Assembly (NCBI GenBank): GCA_036172245.1
Contig: JAYWIR010000039.1
Coordinates: 62,001 to 126,000 of the forward strand
Direction of reading: 5' to 3'
DNA length: 64,000 bases
DNA from: Raillietiella orientalis
Lineage: Eukaryota
The notes beneath the pieces are model-generated. The model saw nothing but the letters and a program-made list of their open reading frames with translations. It did not search any database and was not told the origin of the DNA. The position numbers and the translations under genes were made by a program. This document shows positions 36,640-48,399 of the stretch, piece after piece; the stretch's first letter is position 1, and each line of letters begins with the position of its first letter.

Positions 36640-39600
36640 GGGGGGAAACACAATGTAGGGCCATCAGCCCTACATTGTCCGCTCGGAATCTGCCAAGTAA
36701 CCGGCACGCAGGCCGGCGAGGTTCGCCTCGGCAGCGGAGGGAGGGAGAGGAACAAACAAAAATAAAAATGAAACAAAAAAATATATATACAAAAAAATTG
36801 GGAGGGCTAGGGAAGGGATCACTGTCCGCTGGAGGGCGTCCTCTGCATCCTTTCCAGGATGCTGTCAAGTTCCATCCGAGTATGTCCCAGGTGGGCCATC
36901 TAGCTACCTTCCTCAGGAGGGGCAGGGCGAAGCAGATGACGTCCCTATCGCGCCTTCCTCCCCTCGCGTAGCTCCAGGCCTCCACGATTCCCAGCAAAGA
37001 GCATTAGGCAGCAAAGAGCTGCTGGGGATGCGGCAGACGAAAGGGCATCGCTCACGAAGAGGTGCTTCATCACATCCTGGAGTTGTTCGTCGGTGCACCA
37101 AGGGCCGTTGCGTAACGCAACCGCAGAGGCCAGAGGGCAACATAGTCTACGGGCAGGTGCGGGAGGGATTCCCATTCCCCGCACCTGCAGCAGTTTGGGT
37201 CCACAGCCCCCCAGACCCAGTGAGGGAGGCTGGCGCTGCATCTGAGACCTAGTGCAACAGCAGAAGTGCCGACTCCTGCCACTTTAGGAGGAGGGTCTGG
37301 TTGTTCCTCAGCGCTGGGGGCCACTCGAGGTCTTCCTGTAGGATTCCCAGCAAATCACCCCAGCGCAATAGTCTCTTCGGTGCAGCACTTGGGGTCTCAG
37401 CGTCTGTGAGCTGGCCCGTGGTCCAACCACCTAGTTCCCTCGTCTTCTGACAGATTTCGCAGCTGATCTCCCATTTAGCCGGCTGGTTACTGCCCAGATG
37501 CTCCCTGAGGGAGGACAATGCCATGGCTAGGAAGGTTGTTTGCGCCCCCCACGCACACGTGGTGGGCTGCACGATGACGTCCTGCAGAGAGTGGTTGTTG
37601 TAGAGGGAGTGCAGCAGTCGCTGCCGCATCTCTGGGGTCTCTTTGTTGTTCTTGTTCCATGAGCGAACGGTTTGCTGCAAGCAGACACTACCGTTCGCGG
37701 GCCTGCAGAAGATCAAGTTGTTGATCCTGATCAACTTGACCCTTGCCGGAGCTCCAGTCCGCAGCTAGACACGTTGCATCTGCGCCGCCGTCCCAGGAAC
37801 GAAGATGACGCTAATTTTTATCCAGGTGCGGGACTTGTAGGAGCTAAAAAACCGTGAGCCTCCGATGAGTGGCGGGGATTGTGAGTCGACCCTCCGGGGT
37901 TCTTCCAGAAAGTAAGAAGCCCGTCCCCTTCGGTTGTGAAAATGAGGCTGTACCATGGAGCTGGTTGATACCTCGATCGGGAGCTGCTTCTCCAGACTGT
38001 TACTGAAGCGCGCTGCTCCCTTGGGGGAGCACCATTCAGAGAGAAATCGGGAAGCGTCCCTTCGGGGTTCTCTTCAGAGGAGGAAACAGGAAGTGCTTCC
38101 CCTGCGGGTACCCTCCGGGAGAAGAAGTTCCAAGAGCGGATCCCTTTCAAGGTTCCCTTTGGAGAAGAAAGCCTCGTCTGGAGCGGCGCGCGTGGAAACC
38201 GCCCGGCCTCTGCCCCCAAATCGAGGTCATCCGGGTCATCTGATCCCCGTACGGGAATTTCGCAGAACCGAAGCCTTTCGATAGCCTCCCCGGAGGAGCG
38301 CTCTGGAACAAGCCGGTAAGTTACGACGCTGGAAGGTTTTCTCCGGTCGAGAGTTATTCGTTTTGGGCGGCAGCATCTCTCACATCCGCGAGCAGCCTAC
38401 GTGCTTTGCCAGGCAACGGGACACGTAGCAAACGATTCTGAGAGCAACAGTAGATGAGGCTTCCGGTTCTCCGAGGAGTCTCAATCTTGGTCGGGCGAAG
38501 CAGCTGCTGATTGCGCGGAACCGCCGGAGTCGCGCTGCGATCCGCTGCGCCTGCAGCCCCTGAAGCGAGACGACCAACACACCGGCAGCTCGGAGGAGGA
38601 GGTTGCAGCGATTATCATCCAGACGGGGTTCCCGAAGCACCGTGGCAACGTCTCTCAGAAGGGGGAGAGCGTCCCCCGGAGTCCCAATCTGCGAGCGCCG
38701 GCATCCCGTCCCACCCTACACCGGAGGAAACCTCCGGTTCCCCTTCGGAGATTCTCCTTCCGAGAGCCGATCGCAGGTTTCCGGTTTGTTTTTCCGAGCG
38801 GCTCGGCCTCCGGAATTGCTGGAGTGAAGAAAAGGAGTGGAGAAACGCGGAGCCCGGAGGCGTGGAAACCGTTTTCTGGAGCCAGAGGGAAATGCAGGCG
38901 GTTCGGCGTCCCGAAGAGATTGCTCGGAAGAGCGCCACCGCGCTCGGAGATCCGCGCACGCGAGCGACCGCTAGCGCCTGCGGCAGAACGCCGGAGAGTG
39001 AGCGCAAACCGAAGTTCTCCCTGCCCTACATTAAATAAGAGACGGCGAATCGGTTAGCAAAAGCGTGGGACGGGTGACGCCTGGCGTTGAGGACCGCGAA
39101 CTCACGGAAAGCCGAGACGGCTCCGAGCGACCTTCTTTCACCATGTCTCTCCGATGGACGGCCCCGAATGCGGGGTGCCACCAGGCTGACGAGACCCCCT
39201 GGGGGCGACTCCGAAAGGCTGTGGAGGCGGGGAGCAAGGCCACCGGCGAAGTGGGCATCCGAAGAGAGCAAGAGTGGTTTTGCTTGCTTGGAACGCAAGG
39301 TGTCCCTCAAGATAGAAAGAAAAAGAGGTTAATGAAAGCAAAGATGGGAAATTAGCGACCTCATCCACATCTGGCCCTGGGCACCCACAGCTCTCTTGCG
39401 GTTCAGGCAGCGAGAAGTGGCGGCGAACCCGCCACTGTCTCCGGGTTCCATGTAAAGCAGGCCGCCATTGTGAACCCGCCATTTCGCCCTTTCGTCACAC
39501 GGGGCGAAGCGGAGGTGCGGGCTCCGCGTGAAGCAGGCCTTTGGAAGAGGACGGAAGCGGATGAAGGCAAACAGCTGCGCGGAGGTTCCAAGGAGATCGC

Positions 39601-40500
39601 GAGCTCCTTCCTCAGCTAGCTACAAGGATACGCGGGTCGAGATGCTGCTGATGCGGGATGACCTCTGCAAACAAGGAAACCCTGCGGATTCCCTCCCCCT
39701 CCCTACTTCCAAAAGGAAAACGTTATTGACTCCTCCACTTGATGATTCATCTCATGACCGAGTCTCCTCGTTTGCAGGTGGTCCGGGAGAAGCCGACAGA
39801 GCACGACTTCCGCCTCGCCGGCGCCCTTTGTGGGTTCCCGCGAACCGCCGCAGCGCGGGGATAGCAACAACAAACGAGCCGGATGCTGCGAAAATCCAGG
39901 CTGCAAGTAGGCGGCCTCAGCAGTCCGAGTGCTGTCCCGAGACGCCAGTCCCGCACGTCTTGCACGCATAAGACGCGCTGGAAAAGGGGGGTTCCTCGAC
40001 TGCGGGCACACACGTGCCCGACCGCTTGCCAAGCGTCGTGCAGCCGGGTCTCCCCGTACGAGACCCAGCGGCACACCGTGCGTTTCGACCTTCCGCCGAC
40101 CCGACCGCCGGGAACCCGAAAAGTGCTGCGAGCAGGAAGCGTCCTGACGGGCTCGGGAGGAGAAGGGTCGGAAGCGCCCGCATGCGTCGAGCGAACCTCC
40201 CGACTTCCCTAGGTGCCTGCTTCCTCGCCTAGGGCCCCACTCGGAGGGAGGGGGACCGCACGCCGTGCGCGCCCATTTCAAGGCGAGCGCTCGGAAAAGG
40301 GAGGTGGCGCCCCGCGGAGCACCCTTCCCGAGTTCCCCCCGGAGACGCCGGCGCGGGAGGGGACGGCCGCCTCCGCTTTCGAGTGCGCGCAGGCGCCGTC
40401 GGACGCGCTGGGGGGCAGCTCCGCTCATTGGCCAGCGACGTCGCTCTGACGGCGAATCCGAGAGGGGCACGTGTTCTCCCCGCGCCGTGGGATGGTTACG
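36640..40500 (-). mobile_element. Near full-length decayed L1/Tx1-like element (ORF1 with CCHC knuckles about 39900-40100; ORF2 remnants to about 36830; 3' UTR to about 36640)
   Basis: Minus-strand VSYGE..VGHVC and ACKTCGTGVSGQHSDC are twin zinc-knuckle remnants. ORF 37249-37734 is homologous to 8286-8594. The 3' UTR is the reverse complement of the 8770-9000 family. Confidence 0.75.
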
Positions 40501-40559
40501 TTTTTACGCGTCGAGTGTTTCGTGCCCCTTCCTGCGTTTCCCCTTTTCCTTGCGAGGGA

Positions 40560-41100
40560 GCAAACAGGAGCGGGACTGCGTGCTGCGAGCGCGTTTTTGG
40601 AATGCGAGGACCCCGGGTGAGAGGGTATGCTACCGGAGGGGGGCCGGAGAAAGGTTTTCACCCGGTCGCGCCGAGGCGTGTGTTACAGAAACGGGAGCAG
40701 TGGGCACACGGATGTTATAGATCAGGTAGGACTCCAGGGAGCAGAGAGGGAGTAAAATACGATGAAATATATGCAGTCGTCCGAGGCCGGGGGAGGGTGG
40801 ACTGGGGATGGCTATCCCGAGGCGTGCACCTGTCTCGGAAGTGGCGGGCAGGCGGGCTGCTCCCCCGGCGGTTGCCTTGGATGCAGAGCCCGAAAAAAAA
40901 ATGCTTCTGGCTGCATCCCTCACTTTCCCTTCCCCGGTCAGCAGCAGCACCCAGGGGGGACCTGTGGATGCCGCCAGTGGGGCAGCGGCTCGCACCCACC
41001 CGTCTCCTGGTAAGCGATGCGGACAGACACCAAGCGCTGGCAGCCTCTTCACAGCGCGGAGGTCTCGAAGCGGCCGGCCTTCACCGGACGGATGACCCCT
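40560..41100 (+). mobile_element. Decayed LINE reverse transcriptase fragment
   Basis: GPEKGFHPV (resembles DQEKAFDRV) followed at the expected spacing by IYAVVRGRGRVDWGWLSRGVHLSRKWRAGGLLP (resembles LY...V-x-VNG-x-LS...RGVRQG-x-PLSP). Confidence 0.6.
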
Positions 41101-42399
41101 TTGCTGCTCGTGCGCGGTCGCCTCTCCCGCGCGCGCCCGGGTGCGGCCCGGCGGTGAAAACCGAGCCCTTGAGGAAGGGGGGGAGGGAGGTCGTTGCTGC
41201 TCTTCGCCGTGGGCGCAAAAGTCCGCCCCCTCCTGACCCTCCGCAGCAGCAGCGTCCTTCACTTCTCCGCTCTCCGGAATGCCAAGAGCGGCAGCGTCTA
41301 CCCAGACGAGCACCGTTAGCTTCTCGCAAGACTCCACGGAAATCGGCGCGAAGATCCAGAGGAGGAAAAAAAGGACGCTCTTCGCCGCAGATTTCCTTCG
41401 CCGCCCGCGCGCGAAGCGTTGCTGAAGCAACGCGGGACCCATCCAGGAAGCCGTCCATTAGGCCGCGGATGCTGCTGCTTTCCCGTCATTCTTCCTCGAC
41501 CGCAAATAAAAAAAAAAAAAAAGCGCTGTTGTGGGGTGTCGCCGACCTCAGCGCCCGGAGAACGTGCAGCGGCCGCGGTGCGAACTATGACGATGCGATG
41601 GCTTCCCCTCTCCTCGCTCCTCCCACTTCTCTCATAGGGACGATGGCTTCGGGAGGGGGGGTGTTCACTCCCTCCTTCCGCCAAAGCGGGGAGGAACGAA
41701 AGGGGTTCCGGAAGCAGATGCCCTGGAGGATTGGGGCGACCAGTCTGGGCGCGTCGTCCGGAAAGGGGCCGCGGGGTAGGAACTCGCGCGCGTTCTCCGC
41801 TTCGTTTACGCTCTGCGCCTTGACCTTGGCGGCGGGACGGGCGCACGAAGACAGCCCCAAGGCTGCGCCGCGGTCGCCGCGCGGCTTCCGCTAAACCCAG
41901 ACCCTGGCGCCGCCGACCAGGGCAACATCTCGCGGGTGCTCGCGCGATTCGGCCGGCGGCGCACACGCACCAACTCTCGCAGCTCGGAGCAGCGTCGGCC
42001 CCCCGCGTTCTGCGGTTCTCGGTGGAACTCGGGGACGCGCAGGCGGCGGGGCGAGGAAATGACGCCGTTGCCCACGGGAAACCGCCGGATGCTATTCTCT
42101 CCCCACTTCCGAATTTCGTGCCCCCGGCGCCTTCCGCGGACCGCGTTGCCCGCGCGCCCGCCGGTTGATTGGCCGAAACCTGAAAGCGCGTCCGTCCTCA
42201 ATTGCCCTGTTGTCCCGGTCGCCATGGAAATGACAGACGGATCGCGGCTTGTTTGCCTTTGCCTCGCTTTCCCCTCGCAGACCCCATTCCTGCCGTCTCA
42301 GGTGGTCCGGAGAGCGCAGCTTCCCAGGAGGCGATGACGCCCCCGCATCCTTCGCTGGGCGACCTCACCCGCGGAAGTCGGAATCCTGCATTTCCTTCC

Positions 42400-44500
42400 G
42401 CGCGTTCGCTGTTTGGGAGGGAACGCTCTTAGGGGTGGGCGTCGTCGCGCAGCATCGCCGTCTCGTCAGCCCGTTTCGCCCACCGTCAACCGAGGATGGA
42501 CGTCACCCTCTCCTCTCTTTTGCGGGGGTTGCGAAGCAGCCGCAAGCGATTCTTACGTTCGTTCACACGGGAGCCGTGGAGACGCACTCCGGCCACCATG
42601 CCGCAGCTTATCGACTGGAGGAACTCCCGCCCGACGGCACGGTCCATCCGCAGCCAGCTCTTCTGCCGGCACCTTGGCGACCGGCTGCCAAGCGACGAAG
42701 GCGTGTTTGGGGAAAGTCTCGCCGCTCTCGTTTGATGCCGGCATCGCTCCAGACGATGCTCCCGCTCTCCTTCGGGTTCGATGTCGACGCACGCTCTTTT
42801 CGTGCAAGAAGCGTCGGGAACCTACCTGCTACTCCCCTCACGGGAGCGCTGCCTCGTAGGTGCAGTGCTGCGCGGGTCCGTGCGGTTCCTGCACCTTCCT
42901 TTTTTTCTTCTTTTTTTTTCCCTTTTTCTCCTCTTGGCTTGCAATTCAGCTGCCCTTGCATCATGGCGCCCATCCTGCGCTGAACGACGCAACAGGTGGG
43001 AGGTAGAGAGAACTGCCGCCGCCAAACATGCGCGATTGGCGGCGGCAGGTCGGAGTCCTTGAGTCGCTTTTCCACGGGACGGAGGCAGCGCCAACTCTTT
43101 GCGAGGCAGAGACCTGCACTCGTCATGGTGGCTGATGCTGGTTCGCAGGCTTCCAACAAGCACCAATCATTTCGCGAAGAAGCGAAGCGTTCCCCTAAAG
43201 GCAACTGCTGGTAGGGAGCACTTCGGACGGCCTTTTTTCTTTTCTTTTTTTTGTTCTCTGCGAGACGATTCCAGAGGAACGACGCAAAACCGCTGCAACG
43301 CAACATGCCACGTGTTCAGGCGGGCGTACGCGGCAACACACCGGTCCAGCCGCAAGACTGTCAAGCGGAAAGATGAGAGCACGGACCTCCTCCCGTTACG
43401 GTGCATGCAGTTTGTTGCTGAAAGGGAACCCGCGCGGCTTCCGCCTTCCCTCTATCCCGCCGAAGACACCTCTGGTCGTTGTCCGTCCTAGATCGCTGAG
43501 GTCAGCTCACCCTTGCGGAGAAACACGCGCACACACAAAAGCTACAGCTTTCGTGCAGAGCAGCCTTTCGGCTAAGAAGGAAAGGTCCGTCCATCTCGAC
43601 GGCCTTCCGAACTTCCCCCTCTCTGGTCGCCTGGCAACGACGCGAGGCGTCCGAAGAGCTCCGCGTTCGTCGCGGGGATACGTCCAGACCAGCTTCCCGA
43701 CACCCGGCCAGACGGTCGCAGGCAGTCGCTCGTCCTGGCCACCACCGCGCACCCCCAGCACACGTCGCGGCCGTGCCGGAGGCGCTCTCCTTCTCCTGTC
43801 CTCGCCGATGCTTGCTTGCGCCGCCCTTGCTCAGGGTGGGCGCGAGGGGCCGCCCTCCGCGTCGCTGGCTGCGCAACGCTTCGAGAGGCAAGGGTGGGTA
43901 AAGGGAGTAGGTGACCGGGACCGCGGGTGGGCGTGCAGGGAGTGCAACCGGGGAGCGTGCGCGCCGGCGTGGCGCCCTCCTCTTCCTCCATGGGGACAGC
44001 GCCATCTGCCGCTGAGGTCGGCGCGCGCTCCTTGCACTGTCTGCGGACGCTCCCTGCGACCGACTGCCGCATCCCCTCGCGTTCTCGGGGGTGCTGGCGG
44101 GTCGCCCCGCGCCGATTTTCCCACCCGTTGCTAGGAGACCGTTACTGGACTTCCTCCTCCCCGCTTTTCGGGCCGTATCGGACGGCTCAGAACGCTTCCG
44201 GGAGCCCGGCGTGGAAATGTCCTGGGGGCAAGCGCTTGAAAGCAGCATTAGGCACATCCGTGCCGATTCTCTCGTCCCTTTAAGATGGCTTCTGTTGACT
44301 TTCGTTCCGGAACGCACTGGAAAGCGGCTTCCGGGATCAAAGCGTTGGAAGGAGCTTTCGTCGGATGACTAGCGGAAGGGGCGCGACGGCTTCCGCCACC
44401 GCCGAAAAGCATCTCGCTCCCGAAGGGCGGACTCGGTCGGACGATTGACACTCGGAAGCCGGAGGGCGTCGCTGGGACCCCGCGCCGACGTCACGACTCG
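42400..44500 (-). mobile_element. Decayed LINE, ORF1 end and endonuclease start
   Basis: Minus-strand DLSFLAERL (resembles D-x-x-FLQE), VAFVC (resembles GVA-x-L) and RLDRC (resembles RLDR). Confidence 0.5.
43501..44036 (+). repeat. Copy 1 of a 535-bp near-identical direct repeat (copy 2 at 49966-50499)
   Basis: By-eye alignment gives about 12 substitutions and one 2-nt indel. Confidence 0.95.
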
Positions 44501-45500
44501 ATGACGTCGCCCCGCGTCGGAGGCGGAAGGATGGCCGGAGTAGCGCTTCAGACGGCTCCGTCACGGTGGGGCCTTTCCGTGAGGCGCTGCCAGGAAGACA
44601 TTACGACCCGGGCATCCGGATAAGGAGCAAAGGGTGGGCGGCTGCGCCTCCTGAAATTCGGTTTCACCGATCCCGAGCCCACAGCTGCGCCCACCTTGCT
44701 CCAGGAGTCCGGCAAGAGTGCCCTCAAGGGACGGTCTGCTTCGTCCAGGGGCTGCGGGGAAAGCGGATGGCCCCATGCGCAGCCAGCGGCGGCCGTGAGC
44801 GACAGCACACCCGGCGTTCGAGTACCCCCTACGTAGAATGCCTCATCGTAGGTTCCGAGTCTCCCCACAATGTCAACGCGGGTGTGCTCGGTAGTGACGC
44901 TGCTCGGAGCCTGCTGCCGGATGTTTGCGATCTGGGAATCGGGCGCGGTCCTCTGTCCCGGGAGCGTGACAGTGGGGCACCTTCCTCATGGACCTACACG
45001 TGTCAGGCCGCCCCGGGTTCCCCCTACTCCCCGATGGGGTGGCGCAGAAGTTCCTCCGTGCTCGGCCAACCAAAAAAAGCCGGAAGGGCGCAGGGAGCGG
45101 GTGGAGGTGAACCCCGGAAGTTCCTTCAAATGCACCACCAGAGGGCTCACCAAGGAAATGCCCGACTCACCACCTAGAGAGACGGCGAAGGAGCCCCCTA
45201 CGGAGGCCGATCAGCGGGAGGCCCCCGCCTCCTCCATCCCTCAAGTGGGGAACGACGTTTCGTGGCCTGCTAAACCCTCATTTTCGCCGGACTCGACCGC
45301 GCAGGATCCGCTCCGGAGATGTCCGCGTTCTGAGGTTAGGAAACGACCTCATGCAGCACGGAAAAGGATAGGAGAGAGAGGTGTGGAGCTTCGGAGAAAC
45401 CGAAGGGGGGTCCGAAGAACCCGGCGCGATGACGCCGGCAGCACTCGGACGGTGGTCCAGACCGGGATGAGAGGAACCGTTGGAGACCGCGCCTTTGCTC
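44500..45500 (+). mobile_element. Decayed LINE ORF1 fragment
   Basis: GEPRK-(frameshift)-FKCTTRGLTKE-(CP) at about 45105-45165 resembles the GQP..C-x2-C-x3-GH-x4-C knuckle. Confidence 0.5.
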
Positions 45501-45599
45501 GGAAGATGCGAAGAGGGAGATCGCCCCCTGCCTGCGCACCCTCCGGCGCAGCAAAGAGTCTTGGTCTTGAGCAGACGCATGCTCCCATCAAGGGAGAGC

Positions 45600-46250
45600 A
45601 CTGACCCGCCTCGGGGAGAGACTGAGGGCTGCCAGGCCGTTGCCCCCGGCAACCGAGTCCCAGGCAGGCCCGGGCAGGCACATCGAGACGGCAGCGCGCA
45701 CCAGGAAGACTCAAGCAGAGGGACCGATGGGAAAGGGGGGAGGGGAAATCTGGAGGCCAGCCTGTCTCCTGGGCACTCGTTGCAGCATTTCCGAGGGAAC
45801 GACGCGCTGCGGAGCCACCGAGAGCTCCGAGTCCGGTAGGATGCGGTCGCGCCTCCTGGCCTGGGTCGCCCGGCCGCAAAGCAGCAGCACCCCCTAGTGT
45901 GCGCATGGGGGAACGGAGAAGACCCCGAGTAGGAGGTAAGTGATCTCCCTCGCCATGTCTCTCCTCCAGCATCCTCCACATCTCTGGACGCAGTTCGAGG
46001 AAAGCCATGTCCTGCGTCCGGTAGCTTCGGGCTTTGGTATCATTTTCCATCCAGTGCGAACACCTTGGTTGATGCGGCGGCACGAATTGGTCATCACCTC
46101 GCCGGAGGGGAGGAAGAGACGAATCGCCCGCCAGGGATGTTGCTGGTCACCTGCACAGAGGGTGCGGAAGACAGGAGAACTCGCTAGGGCGCGTCTCCTC
46201 CCCAGTAGGTGAGACCGTAAGGAGGCAGCGATTGCAGAGCAAGGTGCGGT
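45600..46250 (-). mobile_element. Decayed LINE ORF2 C-terminus and 3' UTR
   Basis: PRCSHW...DMAFLELRPEMWRML zinc-finger-like remnant, then a pyrimidine tract and a degenerate version of the 3' UTR motif (about 45655-45695). Confidence 0.45.
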
Positions 46251-46399
46251 AGGCTGGTGATCCGGGTCAACCCGAAACGCCGATAGTTGGTCGCCTCTGG
46301 CCAGCCCATCCAAAGGATAGGAAGCCCTTCTTTCCCCCACGAGCGCGCGGCGGCGGCGGATCTGGGAAAGGCCCACCCCCTCGGGGGAGGGTCGCTCCT

Positions 46400-47100
46400 C
46401 CTCCGGGGGAATGCGTTTTCCGGGATCCTCGCAGCGCCCAGGTGCCGGGGGTAATCGCAGAACTCCGCCCGAGAGGGAAGCGCGTGCCCGGCAAGACGCC
46501 CAATGCTTCTCAGGCGGCGAGAGACCCCCGGGGGGGGAGGAGAATTGCGCACTCGGCCGCTGCACCTTCCAGCGCGTCGCGGACCACTTGGCGACATGTG
46601 AGGCCGAGGGATCCGCGGCGAACCGGTACCTCCTCCAGAGCCCAGCCTTCCACCGGACGTGATACTCCGAGGAAAAGATCGGGACGTGGCGTTCCGCCCG
46701 TCCTTCCCATCCGACCCCTCGAAAGGCAAAGCCAGAGACGTTCCCGGAAGGCGCGCACGAGCTGGGAGAGCTCCTGCTTCGGAGGAGCGGGAGGAAAGAA
46801 GGGGCCCCGTCAGTCCCGCGCTGCCGCTCGATGCATAGGGGAGCACCGGATCGATCACCCGTCGGCGAGCGGCGCCGCAGGAGGCCGCAGCACCAGGCGA
46901 TGCCGAGCGAAGAGGCCGATCCTTGCACCCGAGAGAGCGGCTTGGCTAACCTCCCGTCGGGCGGAGTTGCCACGCAGCCCACCCACCCCTACCCTGCAGC
47001 GGACAGCCGGCCGAGATATGGCGGTCGTCACCCCAGAGGGACGCGGACACTCCTCACAGGGATGAGTACTCGTGAGAGAGCGGCCGCTCGCCCGCCCGCG
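46400..47100 (+). mobile_element. Decayed LINE RT/thumb fragment
   Basis: HLATCEAEGSAANRY (resembles Y..ASGA-x-x-N) and PCTRESGLANL (resembles P...GGLG-x). Confidence 0.4.
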
Positions 47101-48399
47101 TGGCTCTGCACGCAGCCGATAAGGCGGGCGAGCTGAGAGCCGGATGCCGGCGGCAACCGACGGACCCACCGCGAGCGGCGTGCTGCAGGAGTTTCCGGCC
47201 TCCCTGCGGGGTGCTCTTAAAGCCGGTTGCGATCGGCTGCGATTCCAGCGGGAGAGCTCGGATAGCGGCCGCCCGGGCGCCCTGCGGTCGGAGGAGGATG
47301 CGAAGCGCGAACGCCGAGCGTCTGGCCAGGTTGGTCAGACAACGCATCTCGTGTCCAAACCTGGATCGGAGCCGGAGTGAGGCTCCTCGGCCTGCACCCG
47401 CCTTCGGCGATTCGTAGTACTGGGCGTGCTTGGACCTAATTCCCGCGCGAGGCTCCCGTGGACCGCTGCGCTCCCTGGAGACACGCCCATTCCCACCTTC
47501 CGCGTCGAGACCGCCCACGTCCGCTCCAGACTTTCGCGCGCTGGGCCACGAGGAGTGCTCTGCGCCGTCCGGCCCGCTCTACGAGAGATCGCGCGGCGCG
47601 CCCTCCAGGAGCTCGCGTATCAGCCGGGAATGGATACGCGAAGGTAGCTGTGCAGCCTCCCTCCTTACCCCCTGCGCGGATCCCCTCGAAGCAGCGTCAC
47701 CTCTCCTGCGTATCCGCCCCTGAGATCCGCTCGCCTCCTTGGGTGGCGGCGGCGAACGGGGCCGGCCGAGCGCAGCTTTGCCGCCGCCGTTTCCACGGCG
47801 ACGGATCCTGCCCGTCTGTTCCCCTCTGCCTTCTAGTTCCGGGGGTCTTTCCCTCTCACGCGGCAGCGTACATCCTCGATGCGAACCGCGCGCGCGACCG
47901 GGGAGACGCCGAAGCCCCGAACCCATCTGGGAATCACGGCCTGCGCTTCTCGTGACCTGGTGACTCCCGGGGGGGGGGGAAGAAGAAGCATCGGCAACCA
48001 GCAGGACCTGTCTCTGTCTCTTCCCCTCCAAGGAGACACGCGCGTGCGCGCTCACGTAGCTGTAGTGGATGGCGGCACCCGCTGCTGCCACCGCCCTGTC
48101 CTATGACAAAGGGGCGCCGGGATCTGCGTCCTCCGGAGAGAGGGACGCACGCGCACCAAGAGATTTGGAGCTACCCCTCTCCCTTCCTCCCTAGAAAGAA
48201 GCGGAAAGGGGGCCTCTGAAGAGGCGATAAGTCCCCGCGCAGCACAGGACGCGCCTGAGTGGGCGCCGCTTGCGTGCGTGCAGGTTCTCCGTTTCGTCTC
48301 CCCCCTCCTTCCTCCTCCTCCGCGGCGGCAGCGCGCGCGCATAGCGCACTGGCGAATCCCCGCTGCTAAGCTTCGTGATTTTTCCTTTCCCTTTTTTTT

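Noticed and set aside
36556..36640. CRISPR-like array
   Set aside because: Repeats are only 8-14 nt without regular unique spacers, the context is eukaryotic, and there are no cas genes.
43563..43577. GCCTTTCGGCTAAGA resembles the U2 snRNA 5' stem (a known Tx1-clade target)
   Set aside because: Only 14/15 nt match, the flanks do not match U2, and the sequence is explained as minus-strand FLAER coding remnant.
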